Shown here piece after piece: positions 40,896-53,533 of a stretch of 64,000 nt of DNA; position 1 is the first letter of the stretch, and each line of letters opens with the position of its first letter. The position numbers and the translations under genes are program-made. Source of the stretch: Camelus dromedarius (Eukaryota); NCBI RefSeq assembly GCF_036321535.1, contig NC_087472.1:99450001-99514000 (forward strand). The letters run 5' to 3'. The notes below the pieces were generated by a model that saw only the letters and a program-made list of their open reading frames with translations, did no database searches and had not been told where the DNA came from.

Positions 40896-41422
40896 TGAGG
40901 AGTGAACTCATCACTCTGTAACTTGAAGCATGAATCTTAAATCAGTGTATGAGGTTAATCTGAGGATGCAGAGATCAGAGAACAGTAAGGAAATTTTGAT
41001 GAATGAATAGTTCTATAGATATAAAGTGAGGAAATATGGCAAAAATAACTGAAAAATATCATCTGACTGACTAAAGGAAGAATTGGGAGGAATCAGAAAT
41101 GACACTGAGGTCTCAAGTATGGTTAACTGAAAGAATGGCAGTACCACAAACAGAAATAGAAACATCAAATGGAAGTTATAAGGCTTTAATATTGGATGAC
41201 AAATTCAGCTTTCACAGTATTGAGTTTGAAGTATTAACATGATATCCAGATGGAGTATCCAACATGGAGTTCCAAATTCAAGATAGAGCTGTGCAAAAGA
41301 TCAGAGTCAAAGCTGGGGAGAATGAGTTGGAGCCATTCAATATGGAAAGAATCATTGAAATCCCTATGACAATTGGATTAGATCACCAAAGAAGAATGCA
41401 TATAGTTAAAAGAGAAATAATA

Positions 41423-42015
41423 TATATTAGTTATCTATTGCTGCATAGCAAATCAAAAATGCTTAAGACAACCATTGATCTAGCTCACAATTCTGTGAGT
41501 TAGCAATTTGGGCTGGGTTCAGCTGGACATTTATACTGGTTTCTTGTGGGCTTACTCATATATCTGCCAGTATAGCTACCAAGTCAACTTTGCTGACAGT
41601 TGAGGAGTTATGTCGAAATGGATTTTGATAAAATTCACCATTCAAACTGTGTGAGTATGACTCCATAATTGCTACCTATCCATTATATAGAATGTACCTC
41701 TTTCAGGCCTCATCTGAGATGGCTCCTCTCTGCTCCATATGCTCTCTCATCCCCTAATAGTCTAACTGGGCTTGTTCATCTAGGTTCCAAGAGAGCAAAC
41801 AGATGTGTGTAAGACCTCTTCAGCTTCAGACTTGGAACTAGTACCACATCGCTTCCATCTCATTCTATTGGCCAAAGTTGGCCATAAGGCTATTCCAGAT
41901 TCAAGTAGAAGGAAAATAAACTCCGTACTTTGATGGGAGAAACTGCAAAGTCATATCACAAAGGGGCATGGATACAGAAAAGGGAATAATTTATGGACAT
42001 TTTGCAATCTACCAC
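41423..42015 (-). mobile_element. MLT1H-like LTR carrying a 90-bp foreign insert at 41609-41698
   Basis: tattagttatctattgctgcatagc..gctcacaattctgtgagttagcaatttgggctggg ... ttttgcaatctaccaca; homologous to 17148-17652. Confidence 0.82.
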
Positions 42016-42019
42016 ATCA

Positions 42020-42500
42020 TCAAAGAACTTTGGATTTGCATATCCATGTTCATAGCAGCATTATTCACAGTAGCCATGAAGTGAAAGCAACCCTAACTGT
42101 CCATCGACAGAAAAATGGATTAACAAATTTTGATGTATATATATGTAGTGGAATATTATTTGGCCTTAAAAAGGAAGGCAATTTATGCATGCTACACAGG
42201 GATGAACCTTGAGAACATTATGCTAAGTGAAATGAGCCACCACAAAAAAGACAAATACAATATGATTCCACTTATATAAGGATCTATAATAGTAAAACTC
42301 ACAGAAACAGAAAGTAGAATGGTGGTGGCCAGAGAGGAGAGGGGAAATGGGGGTAGTTGTTTAACAGGTCAGAGTTTCAGTTTTGCAAGATGAAAAAGTT
42401 CTGGAGATTAGTTGCACAATAATGTGAATATACTTAACACTACTGAACTATACACTTTAAAATGGATAAGATGGTCAATTTTATGTTTGTTATCACAAAC
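42020..42500 (+). mobile_element. L1MB-type 3' end
   Basis: catgttcatagcagcattattcac..gatgaaccttgagaacattatgctaagtgaaa..gttctggagat. Confidence 0.88.
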
Positions 42501-43337
42501 ATAACTTTTTTTTTCCAGAAGATAGGACTTTGAACATAACCCATATTTAGGGGAAAGAAGGAAAAAGAGAACTGAGGGAAACAAATTTTGCCCAGTGCAG
42601 AACTAATGGAAACCTATCTAGCAAGTGGAATTTGAAAAATTTTCAAATTTTCAAAAATCTTCTATCTTTAAGGACCATTGCCAGACAAAGGGTTCTAGAA
42701 TTTAACCTTTCCTCAGTGGAGCAAAGAGGAGAGCAATCTCGTCACCTGGCTCTCTTTGCTCCAGGATTCTAGAGTTCACATGACTTGTCCAATTATCCCA
42801 GCTTACGGTAGCACGGTGGAAATTCCAACCCCAGACTCACTCCTTTTTTCTGTCATGCCAGCCCTATCCTCTGATCCTGGACCTCAATTCTAGTCTCTTG
42901 GCTTCACATCACATAGATTATTCCCTATTAATTATACAATTTGCCTCCAATACTTCTCAGAACCACAGCCCCGCCTTGCTCCCAGAAAGCAGACATCCCC
43001 AGGAGAGTGATACATACCTGGACTGGTTCTAAAGTTCTACTGCAGTCAGAGATTTGTTTGCTGTGGGCTGTCCTTTTGCTGCCAGAGAAGAGACAACCCT
43101 TCTGCCATCCCAGATTTCCACATTTGCCTGGTTCTGCCTTGCTCTCTGCTTCCTCACTCATTATACTCAGGGTGTCTTGTGGCCAGGCCTGGAGTCCTTC
43201 TCTCTCGAAGCTGCTGCAGATGTTACAGTCAGGGAAATGGGCTGAAATCCCATTGGGATACCAAAATTTAGTAAAATTTTAAAACCACCAAATTCCATCC
43301 ATAATCAAATTTTCATGATTATCTCAAAAATATATTT

Positions 43338-43957
43338 ACACAAATGGGACCTAATTAAACTTAAAAGCTTTTACACAGCAAAGGAAACCATAAGCAAAAT
43401 GAAAAGATAACCTAAAGAATGGGAGAAAATATTTGCAAATGATGCAACCAACAAGGAATTAATTTCCAAACTATAAAAGCAGCTTATACAGTCCAATTAA
43501 AAAAAACAATTAAAAAATGGGTAGAAGACTTAAATAGACATTTCTCCAAAGAAGACATACAAATGGCCAACAGACACATGAAAAGATGCTAAACATCACT
43601 AATTGTTAGAGAAATGAAAATCAAAACTACAGTGAGGTATCACCTCACAATGGTCAGAATGACCATCATCAAAAAGTCTATAAATAATAAATGCTGGAGA
43701 GGGTGTAGAGAAAAGGGAACCCTCCTACATTGTTGGTGAGAATGTAAATTGGTGCAGCCATTATGGAAAACAGTATAGAGGTTCCTTAAAAAACTAAAAA
43801 TAGACTTATTGTATGATCCAGCAATTCCACTCCTGGGCATATATCCAGAAAAGATGAAAACTCTAATTCGAAAAGATACATGCACCCCAGTGTTCATAGC
43901 AACACTATTTACAATAGCCAAGACATGGAAGCAAACTAAATGCCCATCAACAGACGA

Positions 43958-44023
<66 letters not shown>

Positions 44024-44520
44024 GAATATTACTCAGCCATAAAAAAGAATGAAATAATGCCATTTGCAGGAACATGGATGGACCTAGAGATAATCATACT
44101 AAGTGAAGTAAGTCAGATAAAGACAAATATCATATGCTGTCACTTAAATGTGGAATCTAAAAAGGTGATAGAAATGAACTTATTTACAAAGCAGAAATAG
44201 ACTCACAGACATAGAAAACAAACTTATGGTTTCCCAAAGGGGAAAGTGTGGGAGGGCTAAATTAGGAATTTGGGATTAACAGATACACACTACTATATAT
44301 AAAATAAACAACAAGGACCTACTTTATAGCACAGGGAATTATATTCAATGTCTTGTAATAACCTATAATGGAAAAGAATCTGAAAGTGAATATATATATA
44401 TATACACATATACATGTGTATATATATATATATGTATGTATATATATATATATATATATATATAACTGAATCACTTTGCTGTACACGTGAAACATTGTAA
44501 ATCAACTGTAATTCAATAAA
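43338..44520 (+). mobile_element. Younger 5'-truncated LINE-1 (ORF2 C-terminus plus 3' UTR) with (AC)31 at 43960-44021 and a TA-rich repeat at about 44390-44464
   Basis: ORF2 peptides [25 protein letters not shown] and [12 protein letters not shown] with several stops; AATAAA at 44515; probable TSD aaaaatatattt (43326-43337) / aaaaatacattt (44519-44530). Confidence 0.93.
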
Positions 44521-44768
44521 AAATACATTTTTACAATTGGTTTGTCCAAATTGGGATCCAAACACATTCCATCTGGTTGCCTCTTTTAATATAAAGCATT
44601 GTTCCCTCCCCCTTTGGATTCATTCCATGACTTATTATAGAAACCAAATCAACTAAACCTGAAGAATATATCACATTCTATATATTTGCCTACTTGCTTG
44701 CTTCTGGTGTCACTTAATTCCTTGCTCTAGCCCCCTTTCCCAAAAAAACCCAGAAGTTAGCTCTGGAG

Positions 44769-44969
44769 CAGCACTGTCCAATAGAACTCTCTGCCACAGT
44801 GGAAATGTTCTATCTTGTGCACTGATTCTGTAGCCACGAACCACAAGTGAAAACTGACACTTGAAATGTAGTTAGTAGGCCTTAAAAACTGAATTTAAAA
44901 ATTTTGTTTTACTTAATTTAAATTTAAATAGGCGCATGTGACAAGTGGCTACCATATTAGACAGCATAG
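44769..44969. mobile_element. MER3-type hAT MITE inside an old antisense L1MC-type fragment (about 43270-45375)
   Basis: cagcactgtccaatagaact ... gtggctaccatattagacagcatag; 8-bp TSD ctctggag (44761-44768) / ctctagag (44970-44977). Confidence 0.85.
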
Positions 44970-46187
44970 CTCTAGAGGCCTAATTGGACTGCATCTCAGG
45001 GTTTTGGAAAGAATACTTCATAGGTGGTATTATATGCTTCCTATTGCATGGCTTAAGAGGCTTAGAGTGCTTGGTTGGCTCACCTTTTTTGATGCTAAGA
45101 TTGATCATTGAGTCCATGTGGTGCCAGCCTGATCCTTTCAATTTCAAGTTCTCCATCCACCAGAACACCACCTCTGTAATGGCTTTGTTCATTTACAGTT
45201 GTTGCCTGAATCAGTTCTTTCATTATGATTTTCAAAATGGCGCTTTTCTGAGTCTATCATTCCTTCTGCAGAATTCTTCTGTAAAGAACTTTCATCAACT
45301 AATATATGGTTGGCCTGAAATACAGTTTATACAAGAAAAGGCACAATAAACCCTTAATTATTTTTCTTTTATTGCCATTAATGACTGGAGAAAAAGGAAG
45401 GTGTCTTGCATCTATGCTCAGGGGCAGGAATTTTATCCTGAGGTAACGAAAGCCAGTGTGGGTTTTCAGCAGGGGATAAACAAGATGAGATTTTCATTTT
45501 ATGAAGCAATCTTTGGCCATAGTGTGGAGAACAGGTAGAAGTCAGGGAGGTTCTCAAGGGAGCTGTCATAATACAGGCCAGGTATGGTGAACTCTAGTGG
45601 AAGAGTCGGGTAGAGTAGAAGGGTTTGACAGAATCCAGATTAGAAAGCAGAATCAATAAAATCTAGCTGTCAAATAAGGTAGGGGGCAGGGGCCAGAGGG
45701 AGTGCAGTCGGATGACAGGATAAACCCTTGGCTTCTAATTAGGTGAACTAAGTTGATGATACTGCCACAAACCACCTTGAGAAATACCAGAAGAGAAGTA
45801 GAGAGAAGTTACTTTCTAGATGAAAAACCAAATCAGCCCAAGCACAGACCTCCCAAACAGAAGGAAAGATTTAGGATGCTACGGCATATTTTTTTTTCAC
45901 TTCAGTCTAATAAATAATAATGAGTGCATAGTAAACAAGGGGGAAACTGCTCGTATAGAATCATGTGGATTCCAGTGATGTATAAATAAAAATCAGGGAT
46001 TATTTTTGTTAGCAGTAAGTGTTTAACCTGAAGAAATTAAATTCTAAATATTTCAAATTCCTTCCTATCATTTTTTGCCCTATTGCTTACAGAGATGTAC
46101 TTACTATTTTAGGAAATCCTTAATAGTAGATGCAGTGTTTTCAGAAGTAAAAATGCCATGCAAGTGTATAAACAAAAACCTCCGTGT

Positions 46188-46630
46188 GGTGTTAGTTTGC
46201 TAGGACTCCCATACGAAGCACCACAAACTGGGTGGCTTAAAACAACAGAAAATTATTGCTTACAATTCTAGGGGCTAGAAGTCCAAAATCAAGGTGGCAG
46301 CAGGGCCATGCTCCCTCTGAACCTTGTAGGAGAATCCTCGCCTCTTCCTAGCTTCCAGTGGTTTGCCAACAATCTTTGGCTTGTAGATGTATTATTTCAG
46401 TCCTCTCTCTGTCTTTACACGGCATTCTCCCTGTCTTCACATGGCCATCTTCTTATAAGGTAAACAGTCATATTGCACTAGGGGCCCACTCAACTCAAGT
46501 ATGACCTCATCTTAACTAATTATATCTACAATGACCCAGTTTCCAAATAAAGTCGCTTTCTGGGGTACTGGGTTTTAGGGCTTCAACATATCATTGTCGG
46601 GGTGAAGCAGGCAGAATTCAACCTGTAACA
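46188..46630 (-). mobile_element. MLT1C/D-like LTR
   Basis: caccacaaactgggtggcttaaaacaacagaaa..ggctagaagtccaaaatcaaggtg..gacctcatcttaactaatta. Confidence 0.87.
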
Positions 46631-48734
46631 GTGGTCTAAAGACCCGTGATGAACTATGCAAAGGAAAGTATTCATTTGAAAACTATCTCCTTTAGCATCC
46701 ATTCAAAAGTCTTATATTGCTCTTTGGAGAAACTGAAACTTATTTTCATTTTTATCAAAATGATATTCACAGAATCTTGCTGTCTCCAACAAGGTGAAAT
46801 AAAATAAAGAATAAGATAGCGACATGACATGCAGGTATATTTAATAAGGATACTTTTAAGTACTTATTTGACTGTATCTTATGGTACGTTTTCCTCAAGC
46901 ATTTTCCTGAAAAAGCATTCATTCTTTATCAGAATAAAACACTAACTTTTGCTAACAATACGTATTGTTAGAAAGAAACAAGGTAATATATGTAAACCAT
47001 TTAACAGTTTGCCAAGTACTCAATAGCTGTTAGCTGTCTATTAATATGTATTTGGTATTTTTAGGATTGCAGCAATGATTAAAGAGTTTAATATACATGA
47101 AACACTTATAATAGTGCCTGACACATAGTATTACTAAATAAATGTCCCAAACTGCCAATGCTACTTCTAATTGGTTTGTTAACTGGCTTACACATAAACT
47201 CAACATTTGCATATAGTTTCTCTCAGTGGGGTTTCTTTAAATTTCATTTAACCTATAAAATTCATCCCTTATTTACTAGGCAATTGTAAGTTATTTAAAT
47301 TTGATTTATTTTTAATAAAGGAATTCCTTAATATTTATACCTCCCCAAAATATTTATTTTATTTACTAGTTACTAGGGACATGACTTGAAAAATAAGCTA
47401 CTGAACTCATAATTAATGTGTTTTTTGATGAAAATGTACTTCATTGACAAATATGGCATTATTAATCCACAACCAGTTTTTCCAGCAACAGACCTAGTTT
47501 GACACTGCCTCATTCACACGATTTTTCACACATTTTTGTGATTAAAGCTGCAGATTTCCCAAGCATATTGATCTGAGGTTCAGTTGGTGATCAAGGAACA
47601 GAGTTCCATTTTATGCCATAGCTTTCCCCAAAGTCACTTCCCCAGCTGAGGTCTGGTTATAGATTGGTCTTAAATGCAAGTCGCTAAAAAAGTTAGGATA
47701 TTTTTAAAAGTATCTTTTCTAGCTGCAGGCTCAAATCTAACATTCAAAAGCACAAATATAAACTTAAAAATAAAAAACGTAACCATAATAACAGCCATGT
47801 TCTAAAACATCAGTTCCATAAAGTTTTGGGGTTTTATTTTTGTTTGGTTTGGTTTTTTTCAGAGTGATGAGTAGGAACTGGTGGTTCTTGGGTTTTTGCT
47901 TCAGAATGGTTTGTGGACTGAAAAAAAATTGAGAACCACTGCTCTAAGCAACCAAACAAAATTGATAGTTATAAAATGGGAATGTTTATCCTCTGAAGGG
48001 GTACTTCACACTGCGAGTTTTGGTTAATGTTAAAGCAGCTGTGTTAGTATCAGTTTGAAAATATAATTCTAATGTATTATCTCCCTCATATGAATTAGTA
48101 TTTATAAACAAGAACATTTAGTGGAGCTTTTCTGTTCTAGTAAAATGAAAACTGAAGGGAAACAGTAGCTTATTAAGCTCCAAGAATGGCTTCTCAGCTC
48201 CTTGTCAAGTCTCAAAGCCCCATAATTCTTTCCCTTGAAACAACTCTGAAACAAAATGACACCTCTAAGGATTAAACATTTTGGAAACCAGTAAAAGAAA
48301 ACATTAAAGCAAGTCTGACACAGACCTCTTCTCTATACCTCCCTGTTCCTCTTGTCTTCCCTGCATAAGTATGAGTCAGGTAATGTTAACTTTGAATCAT
48401 ACATTTGTTAGTTTCTTTTGAGCATTACGTAAACAACATTTTGATCATAGCCTATGAGGCAACTGACCTGTAATCATTTGCATTTCAACATATGTGGCTT
48501 GAAAAAGAGAACAGTAAGTTACTCTACATGCTTTTTTTTTATTTGTATTCCACAGGAAGTTACTCACAGGATCATTTTTTTGTATGATATAAGATTGCCC
48601 TAAAGAAATAGATTATACCATATTAAAATGCTCATAAGACAATTGGAAAGAAATAACTTTCCAGACTGCAGTCTTTGAATGACATTACGTATGCAGGAAT
48701 ACTCCCTTTCTGAAGCTGGTAACAATAGCTCCAT

Positions 48735-49000
48735 GTACAGACTGCTTCCTATGTGGCCAGCGCTGTGCTTAATGCTTCACAGACATTATTTCCATTTAAT
48801 CTTCTGCCAAATTCTATGAGGACAGTATTATTATCCTATTTTCACATGAGGAAAACAAAGCTTATTTTGCAGATATTTATTGAGCAACTACAACATGCCA
48901 GACCCTGTTCTAAGCCTTTAGGCTGAAGCTTAGAGATAGATTTAAAGGAACCAGGATTTTGGATATAGGCCTAGCTTGGCTCTTATGATCCCACACTGCC
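48735..49000 (-). mobile_element. MIR with a short L2 tail inserted (about 48870-48920)
   Basis: ttattatcctattttcacatgaggaaaac; atatttattgagcaactacaacatgccagacc. Confidence 0.65.
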
Positions 49001-50043
49001 TTACTGTGAAGAATGTTAAATTAAACATTTTAAGTATTTGTATCATAGAATGTCTTCCCCTTAGTTCCTTATAGATTTTATTAGCGTCTTTCCATCACAT
49101 GCAACTCTACAATCATTGAACTTTATCTCTGCAGGGGAACAGAGAGACGATCCTTAACGTTTTCCACAATTTGAATCCTCTCAAAAGGTTCAAATTGGTG
49201 TAGAAATACCTGTTGTCTCTTAAGATACGTGTCAATTGGGACAATATTCTTCATAATTTTTATTTAGGAAATTTCAAAGAAAAAACAAAATTCATACACA
49301 TGAAAAATATGTCACCACGTATTTTGTTTCATTATTGTCTTAAGCAAGATAAAATTTGAGCCTGTGTTATTTCTCTTTCTCTCTGGAAAGAAATAGTTAA
49401 ATAGTCTCTAGTGACGACTTTTTCTTTTTTGTATGAAAAGTAAAAATGCTTCAGAGAATGTGAAGGGAAAAACCTCTTTATCAGAGAGGCAATGATGATT
49501 ACACTTTATGAGGTTTCTATAGGGATAAACCTGTATGTGATAGAGCTGTGAGTTTTGGATGTATATGAGGTAGAGATTGTGACATGAGCCATAGCTTAGT
49601 CATCTTGTAACTTTTCCAGACTGATGTAACTCCATTTTTTGAACAAATGTTATTTTGTTAAGTAAATGCCCATTTAAACTTGTATACAAAGGTTATAATT
49701 ATAGCAGGAAATTGTTGAGGACAGAGGAGGTTCAATCTGGTTGTCCTGTCATACATCAGGAATGATTTCTTGGAAATCTAGTCCAGATTTTCGACTGAGG
49801 TTTGCTGTTTCCCTTTGCTGTAGTTTCAAGTAATAACTTTCCAATATTTTGGTTCTGACTGAGAGAGGTTTGTGTGTGTGTGTTGGGGGAGGGGTATAGA
49901 ACCAGTAGGTAACTGAATCAGCCCTTTCTGCTGATTTTGCACCGAGGAGCCCCAAAAGACAGTGGAATGTGAAGATATCACTTAACATTGTAGGACTTGT
50001 AGGAATACATAAAAAGACTCAATGTTAAAGGAAAGTTCTAAAG

Positions 50044-50390
50044 CAGCACTTCCTATGGAACTATAATGCCAATCTTGACAAGCAAGCCACATATGTAAGT
50101 ATACATTTTATAGTAGCCACATTAAAAAAAAAGTAAAAAAAAAAACAGGAAATGAATTTTTAAAAAATATTTTATTTAGTTCAACGTACTGAAAATATCA
50201 TTTCAACTGATAGTCATTATAAAAATTATCAAGATACTTTACATCCTTTTTTTTTTTTTTTTGGTACTAAGTCTTTGAAATTTGGTGTGAATTTTACACT
50301 TACAGCACATCTCAGTTGAGAGCAGCCAACCTTATTTTAAGTGCTCAAGAGCCACGGTGCGGCTAGTGGCTACCATATTAGACTGCATAG
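50044..50390. mobile_element. MER33-type hAT element
   Basis: tagtagccacattaaaaaa..ttttacacttacagcacatctcagtt..ggctagtggctaccatattagac. Confidence 0.82.
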
Positions 50391-52945
50391 GTGATATCTA
50401 GAGGCAGCTATTCTTTGAATAACTAAGAGTTTTCATTTCTTAAATAGGAAAAAAAAATAATCATGCTCAGGTTCCAATAAAACTCTTTTTGTTGTCACCT
50501 ACAAGAAAAATCCCCCAGCCTCATTTGATTTTCCCAAATTCTCCCAGCCAGAGAGAGTGGTTGCACCGTTCTTGGGTTTAATAGATGAAATAAACGGAAA
50601 AAAGTTTATTGTTAACCAAAAGAAAAAAAATCGCTTTGCTTTCTTTCAGGCAAAAAGAATAGTGTTTTCCTAAATCATTTCACAAATACTTCTCAAGTTG
50701 ATCCTATGTGCAAGACAGCTGTGCTAGTGGTAGTTTAACCCATTATTAAGTTCATTTAATGCTGAATTCCTGCAGTGTGACCACTGTTCACATTACTGTC
50801 ACAAATCAATTCACTGTTTTAAGTGATTCCTTTAATTCTCAAGGTAAAAAGGAGTGAATAAAAGTTGATACTGAAATCAACTTTTCAGCATACAATTTGA
50901 TTTGCTTTAAAAAGGTTAGTTCACCCTCTGAGTGGAGTAATTAGCGCTGCAGTGTTAGACACGTAATAACTCTCCTTTCAACTATGTACGGTTTTTTTTT
51001 TTGCTAAAGAAAGAGTGTTAATTGAAATAATTGATCACTGTTTGAGGGTCTAATTTACCTTAAACTAACCAAATTGACCAACTTCTTTTCGCTGTAAAGA
51101 ACAGCAATGTGGCTTTGCACTATAAATGAAAGATAAATGAGGCACTTTGTTCGTAAATGCAAAACAATACACAACTCCTTATCTTCAAACTTCTGCAAGC
51201 TGGCTTCATCGTCAGGAATTACAAAGACGGTGGCTGCCAAATTAGCTGAGTTTGGAGTCCAGATTGGATGTGCAGCACTTGAATCAAGCATGTTGGGGGA
51301 GGTGACAAAATCACGAGCACAGTCCTCCCCACCCCCACCCCACAGACCACGCTGAGCCTGCCCAGATGTTGCTCAACTCTGAGCTGTCCCCCTGAGTCCA
51401 AGGCTGCGGGAGAGGGCGCGCAGCGAGTATTTCCGGCCGCCTCCTCAGGCTCCCTCAACAGATGGAGCCTCTTCAGGTGGCCACGAGGCTCCCGGGCCTC
51501 GAGCCTGTGCCCAGGGGCGCGCCGGCTAAGGCCGCAGAAAGAGCCTAACACCTGCCTCTCTCCGGCCCAACGAGAAACCTTGCACCGTCCGCGCAGACCT
51601 GGCGGGCTAGGTGTGGGGCTCTAATCTCATCATCACACCTGCGTTAGAGTGGAAGGCGAGGGCTCTCCGGGTGTCTGGGTCCGGGGACGATGAAAGGAAG
51701 CTGTTAAAAGGCGTGCAAAGGAGCGCAGCGGGGGACGCGCTGTGGTCGCCGGGCGTGGGAGGATCGGGAAGCCTGCGCCGAGGCCTGGGGGGCGGGGGGG
51801 ATGAAGGCACTGGCCGGCCTGGAGATTTCCCTTTACTTTTTTCTTTCTCCTTGTAGTGCGGTTAGCCAATGGCTGCAGTAGCTTTCCACTCAGCCTGGCG
51901 ACTTTTACACAATTCTGCCCCGGCGCACTGAGCTCGCCATGGCACCTGGCGCGGAGAACACCGGGTCGGACCCCCCCCCCCCGGGGCCCACTCCAGATGC
52001 CCAGGCCTCTCCCCTCAAGCTCTCCCTATCCTCTTGCGCTCCGTCGCCGACTGGGAATTGGGTTTCCTTACCCGAGGGCTTCCCTATCTTGGGCAGGAGG
52101 AATTAGAACCCCTCCCACTCTCCCCTCCTCCACCCACTGCCAGCCCGATTTTTAATCTAATCTTTCATTTAAAGTCAACAGAAGAGCAGGAACCCCGAGC
52201 TCCGGCCAACAAGATATTTTTAAATAATTCCCCAACCTCTGCCGAGGGGGGAGATTTAAAGAACCTCATTGTTTTCTCCGTGAAGATTTAATCAGCAGGG
52301 AGCCGAGAGGGGGGTCGCTTTGAGGGTCGAGGCTGAAGCCTGAGAGCTCTGCGGACTTGGGGCGGCGAGGGTGGGGTGGGGTCCGACTCATGCAAGACGA
52401 ATTAATTCCAAATATTAAAAACATAACACAAGAGCGTCAATTTGGAGAGCCTTGAATCAAACCGAGAGCCGAAACGCCAGGATCTCCGGGGCACGGAGCC
52501 TTCCCTGTCCCCGTCGTGGGGGGTTGGGGGGGCAGGTAAATGCCCATCGTGTGACCCTGGAGAGGCTGGGTCCTGAGCCATTACGGGATGTGTCCATAGA
52601 CTCGGCGCACCCACATGCACCCACGATAGAGTCAAGCCGAAAAGGCACCCCAGGAAAAGACACCTCCCCAGATCCTTGGCACTGTACGGCGCCCCCTGCG
52701 CCTCGCCCATGTCCCTCCCCAGCTGGGCGGGGACCACTGTTCTCTACATCCCCGAGGAGCCTTCGACCTGCTTGGACTCGTGGCAGTTAGAAACTCCCAG
52801 CCTTTCACACCTCTTTCCTTTCTCCTCTTTCCTCCACCTTCCGCCGACGCCCCCAGATCTCTCGGGCTCGCCCTTCCTGAAAGTAGGCGAGGCCCAGAAG
52901 CTGAGACTGGGGCGAGGAAGGAGGGAGGAGCCGAGCGCGGCGGCC

Positions 52946-53058
52946 GGGGGCGTGTCTTCCCAGGCCCCGCCCCCGGGTGCGCGCGTCGGTGGCGGCGGCG
53001 GCCGAGCCTCGCTCTGAGAGACAGGTATCGCTTAGGCGCCATGTTGTGAGCGGAAGTG
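52946..53058 (+). promoter_or_regulatory. Core promoter motif cluster: Sp/KLF boxes, YY1 and ETS/GABP sites
   Basis: GGGGGCGTGTC 52946-52956, GGCCCCGCCCCC 52963-52974, YY1-type CGCCATGTT 53037-53045, ETS CGGAAGTG 53051-53058. No TATA box seen. Motif matches only. Confidence 0.65.
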
Positions 53059-53365
53059 GGGGAGCGCGCGGGGGCTGCTGTTCTGCTGGGAGCGGGCGCG
53101 GGAACCGGCGGGGGGGGCGGAGCTGTACTCCCGGCGGCGGAAGGAGGCGAGGAAGAAAGGGGCGAGACCGGGTGCCCGGCAGCGGCGCGAGGCTCTCGCT
53201 TGGCGCGCGGGCGTCTCCAGCCGGGCGCGCGGCGTTCGAGGGTCGGTGTCGGCGCCGAGCCCTCTCCCGGGCAGCTGCAGCTGCTGCCGCCGCTGCTGCC
53301 GTGGGGCTCGGGCGGCGACGGAGCGGGGCCGGCCGCGGGGCGGGCGGGGAGGGAGGAGGCGGTGA

Positions 53366-53533
<168 letters not shown>

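Noticed and set aside
43640..44565. ORFs with HTHT, CVCV or YIYI runs
   Set aside because: Translations of microsatellites and of a dead L1 ORF2 fragment.
1..51000. A hidden protein-coding gene or novel multi-gene system upstream of RPS6KA3
   Set aside because: I recognised no coherent exon chain, protein homology or processed pseudogene, and most ORFs map to TEs. Lack of tools limits my sensitivity for lncRNAs and small exons.
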